DNA of 64,000 bases, from NCBI GenBank assembly GCA_035263765.1, contig DATFQZ010000218.1, forward strand, positions 56 through 64,055, given 5' to 3'. Within the stretch, counting starts at the first letter, position 1, and every line of letters starts with the position of its first letter. Made by a program: the position numbers and the translations under genes. The notes under the pieces are model-generated. The model was not told where the DNA came from, searched no databases, and saw nothing but the letters and a program-made list of their open reading frames with translations. Shown one piece after another: positions 61,035-64,000 of the stretch. The DNA is from Candidatus Angelobacter sp. GTDB lineage: Bacteria; Acidobacteriota; Terriglobia; Terriglobales; Acidobacteriaceae.

Positions 61035-62930
61035 ATGGGCATTTCGATCAAGGGCCGCCTGACTCAGCCGCTGATCCGCGAAAATGGCGGGCATCGCGCC
61101 GCAACCTGGGATGAAGCTCTGGAGCGCGTGACCCAGGCTTTTCGCCGATCGATCGCCAAGAACGATCCCCGCAACTTCGGGATGTTCAGTTGCTCGAAGA
61201 CCACCAACGAGCTGAATTACGCCGCCCAGAAATTTGTTCGTTCCATCATGGGAACGAACAACATTGACAGCTGCAACCGGACTTGACACGCCCCCAGCGT
61301 CGCCGGTCTGGCGACGGTTTTCGGAGCCGGTGGGGGAACGAGTTCGTATCGCGAGATCGAAGAGACGGACGTCATTCTACTGTGGGGCTCGAATGCCCGT
61401 GAGACCCATCCGATTTTCTTTCATCACGTGTTGCAGGGCGTGCACAAAGGCGCCAAGCTGTATGTGATTGACCCGCGGCGCACCAGTTCGGCGCAGTGGG
61501 CTGACGTCTGGCTGGGCATCGACGTTGGGTCGGATATCTCGCTGGCCAATGCCATGGGCCGCGAGATTATTGCGGCTGGACTCGCCAACAAAAAGTTTAT
61601 CGAACACGCCACCAGCGGTTTCGAAGCGTATTGCGCGCACGTGGAGAAATACTCACTGGACCGCGCGGAGCGCGAAACCGGAGTGCCTGCGGAAGTGATC
61701 TGGCGGACGGCGCGCGCTTACGCGCGTGCCCCGCGCGCCCAGCTCTGCTGGACGCTGGGCATCACGGAACATCACAACGCCGTGGATAACGTGGTCGCGC
61801 TCATCAATCTGGCGCTGCTCACCGGCCACGTCGGCTGTTACGGCAGCGGCGTGAACCCGCTGCGCGGTCAGAACAACGTGCAGGGCGGCGGCGACATGGG
61901 CGCCATCCCGGACCGGCTCACCGGCTTCCAGCACGTCGAGAATGACGAGCTGCGTGCAAAGTTCGAGCGTGCCTGGGGAGTGAAGATCCACCCCAAGAGC
62001 GGTTGGCACCTGAGCGGGATGTTCAGCGCCATGGAACGCGGCGAGCTGACGACGCTCTATGTTCTCGGCGAAAACCCTGCCGACTCGGAAGCCGATCGTC
62101 ATCATGCGCTCAAACTTCTTGGCGGGCTCGAGTTTCTGCTGGTCCAGGACCTCTTTTACACCAAGACCGCCGAGCTTGCCGACGTGGTTCTGCCCGCGGC
62201 GGCGGGTTGGTGTGAGAGCGATGGCACGGTAACTTCGAGCGAGCGCCGGGTACAGCGTGTCCGCCGGGCCGTGTCGCCACCGCCGGGCGTGCGCGACGAC
62301 ACGGAAATCATCTTTGATCTCGCTCGCCGCCTTGGCCACGATTGGGGCAAGCCGGACGCTGAAAGCATCTGGTCCGAGCTGCGGACTGTGAGTCCGATGC
62401 ACGCCGGCATGAGCTATCGTCGCCTCGAAGAGCTGGGAGGCATTCAGTGGCCGTGCTATGACGAATCTCATCCCGGCGAGATGTATCTGCACGGCCGTTT
62501 GTGGGCCGATCCGCTCATCGGTCCGCGCGCGCCGTTTTCTTTGGTGGAGTTTGAGCCGCCGGTCGATCAGCTCGACGATCAATACCCCATCCGCCTGACC
62601 ACGGGCCGTAGACTCGACTCTTTCAACACTGGAGTGCAAACCGAGCGCTACGACTCGCCGCTGCGCCGCGAAGAGGCGCTCAATCTTTCTCCCGAAGACG
62701 GCCAGCAATACCGTTTGCGCGAAGGAGAAAGAGTTCGAGTGAGTTCGCGACGAGGATCGGTGATCGCGCCGGTTCGATTCGATCCCACACTGCGCCCCGG
62801 CCTGGCGTTCTTGACCACGCATTTTCACGATCAGGTGGCCACCAACGACTTGACCATTGACGCCGTCGATCCCAAATCGGGCACGGCGGAGTTCAAGGCT
62901 ACTGCCGTCAGGATCGAAAAGTGTCGTTAA
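61035..62930 (+). CDS. formate dehydrogenase alpha subunit (molybdopterin oxidoreductase), selenocysteine-containing; N-terminal Fe-S region missing
   Basis: ORFs 61035..61286 and 61428..62930 are in the same frame and joined across TGA 61284-61286. 'NNIDSCNRT-U-HAPSVAGL' matches the FdhF-type 'CARVUHGPSVAGL' active site. 'NPLRGQNNVQGGGDMG', 'VLGENPADSE', 'LLVQDLFYTKTA', and C-terminal 'SGTAEFKATAVRIEK'. There is no CxxCxxxC motif, and an in-frame TAA sits at 60987. Confidence 0.85.
61284..61316 (+). other. in-frame UGA (Sec) codon plus SECIS-like hairpin
   Basis: TGA 61284-61286. Hairpin 'cgtcgcc GGTCT ggcgacg' at 61298-61316, starting 11 nt (61287-61297) after the UGA. The apical GGUCU loop is the same as in the E. 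coli fdhF SECIS region as I recall it. Confidence 0.75.
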
Positions 62931-62980
62931 GAAGTACGCGTTAAGAAGTATGCGTTAAAAGAAGTAGACCGGGAGACTAA

Positions 62981-64000
62981 TTGGACCTTCATCTCGCCAG
63001 CGCGCAACCCACGAGTGAAGAACGTGCTGCAGTCGATTCCGTCCTGGGTGCGCCTCAGTCCGGATGGGAAGGGGGCGTGCGCCAGGCTGCGGTCGACACG
63101 CGCGCTGCGTTCGGCGGCCACAAAGCTCGTTCCGAGCGCCATCGCCTGCTGCCCGTGCTGCATGCGATCCAGAACCGCATTGGCTGGATCAGCCCAGGCG
63201 CGCTCAACTACTCCGCCCTTAGGCTCGATGTAGCACCGGCGGAAGTCCACGGCGTTGCGTCATTTTACGGACTGTTCTCGCTCACTCCGCGCCCGACCGT
63301 TGTGGCCCATGTCTGCGATGACATCGCCTGTCTTACGCGTGGCGCGGATCAAGTGTGCCGCGACCTCGAGACCAAATTAGGTCTTGCGGGCTCGCCTTGC
63401 CACGGCGGCAAGGCGATATGGCTGCGCAGTCAATGTCTCGGCTTGTGCGAACGGGCCCCGGCTGCGCTCGTCTCCGCGGCCGGAGCCAAAGCGCGGGAGC
63501 ACGTGCTTGCGCCGGCCGCCCCAGAATCCATATCAGCCCTGGTCAAAGACGCGGTCGAAAACCACCTGCCTTCTACTCCAGACGTGCTGAACCCGCGCGT
63601 TTCTGTGCCGCAAGCTGGATTGGCTGACCCCAGCGGGCCAAAACCAAGCCTGCCAGGGACCCAACGCTTGCGCCTGCTCGCCCGCGTAGGAAAATCGGAT
63701 CCCGTGAGCCTGGACGACTACCGGCATCTTGGCGGCTACGAAGCTTTGCACAAAGCCCTCGAGATCGGACCAGAAGGCGTGATACGCGAGGTAGCCGCGT
63801 CGCGACTGCTGGGCCGCGGCGGCGCGGCGTTCCCGACCGCGAAGAAATGGGAGGCGCTGCACACGCAGCGCCATCTTCTTCGAACTGATCCCAAGCGTAA
63901 ACACTTCGTGGTCTGCAATGCCGACGAATCCGAACCTGGGACTTTCAAAGACCGTGTTCTGATGGAAGCCGATCCGTTTGCGATTCTGGAAGGCATGACC
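62981..64000 (+). CDS. fused NuoE-like/NuoF-like NAD(H)-binding Fe-S flavoprotein (FDH beta/gamma-type subunit), 3' partial at the window edge
   Basis: Not in the ORF track, because it has a TTG start at 62981 and runs off the window. My translation gives NuoE-like 'LLPVLHAIQNRIGWIS..EVHGVASFYGLFSL..HVCDDIACLTRG..LRSQCLGLCERAPA', then NuoF-like 'GRGGAAFPTAKKW' and 'VVCNADESEPGTFKDR'. Confidence 0.85.
   Translation, partial: MDLHLASAQPTSEERAAVDSVLGAPQSGWEGGVRQAAVDTRAAFGGHKARSERHRLLPVLHAIQNRIGWISPGALNYSALRLDVAPAEVHGVASFYGLFSLTPRPTVVAHVCDDIACLTRGADQVCRDLETKLGLAGSPCHGGKAIWLRSQCLGLCERAPAALVSAAGAKAREHVLAPAAPESISALVKDAVENHLPSTPDVLNPRVSVPQAGLADPSGPKPSLPGTQRLRLLARVGKSDPVSLDDYRHLGGYEALHKALEIGPEGVIREVAASRLLGRGGAAFPTAKKWEALHTQRHLLRTDPKRKHFVVCNADESEPGTFKDRVLMEADPFAILEGMT

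Noticed and set aside
60604-61062. ORFs 60604..61008 (-) and 60769..61062 (+) as candidate upstream genes or the missing FDH N-terminus
   Set aside because: They read through the MITE/REP-like element ('LNREARRRGDAEE', 'SAPPRLAVE'). They contain no CxxCxxxC or LCxKG FDH motifs and no SD.

Overview
Visibly GC-rich, densely coding chromosomal segment with about 40 protein genes on both strands. I found no rRNA, tRNA, CRISPR array, transposase or integrase. The gene content suggests an Acidobacteriota-like soil bacterium (inference only): a TIGR03436-style VWA protein, a membrane-anchored winged-helix/TPR regulator, arrays of FtsX/MacB-type permeases, a tricorn protease and many secreted peptidases. 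Recognisable genes include a KAS-like ketosynthase, an ABC exporter, a D-aminoacylase-family amidohydrolase, lpxB, an OMP beta-barrel, an alpha/beta hydrolase, a SAM methyltransferase, a GT39/ArnT-like glycosyltransferase, a beta-lactamase-family hydrolase, a MATE pump, malQ, a PpiD-like chaperone, a CPBP protease, an M14-like carboxypeptidase and a tricorn protease. At the right edge sits a selenocysteine-type formate dehydrogenase alpha gene followed by a fused NuoE/NuoF-like subunit. The most unusual block is 10983-26928. It holds five tightly packed, co-directional paralogous genes for modular secreted metzincin-type metalloproteases. They share a catalytic core and a Cys-capped C-terminal domain but carry different N-terminal Ig-like modules. 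A membrane-bound winged-helix regulator is transcribed divergently from them, with an 11-bp-phased direct repeat in the shared promoter region. Other notable items: (1) an A-B-A'-B' quartet of FtsX permeases with no ATPase gene; (2) an M1 peptidase homolog that has lost its zinc and catalytic motifs; (3) an N-terminally truncated Sec-FDH next to a MITE-like element; (4) a family of heptamer-satellite palindromes at gene ends; (5) several REP-like hairpins; (6) a secreted Asp/Arg-repeat protein; (7) a cluster of uncharacterised secreted proteins at 50621-56530. Many long ORFs in the track are antisense artefacts of high GC and were rejected.
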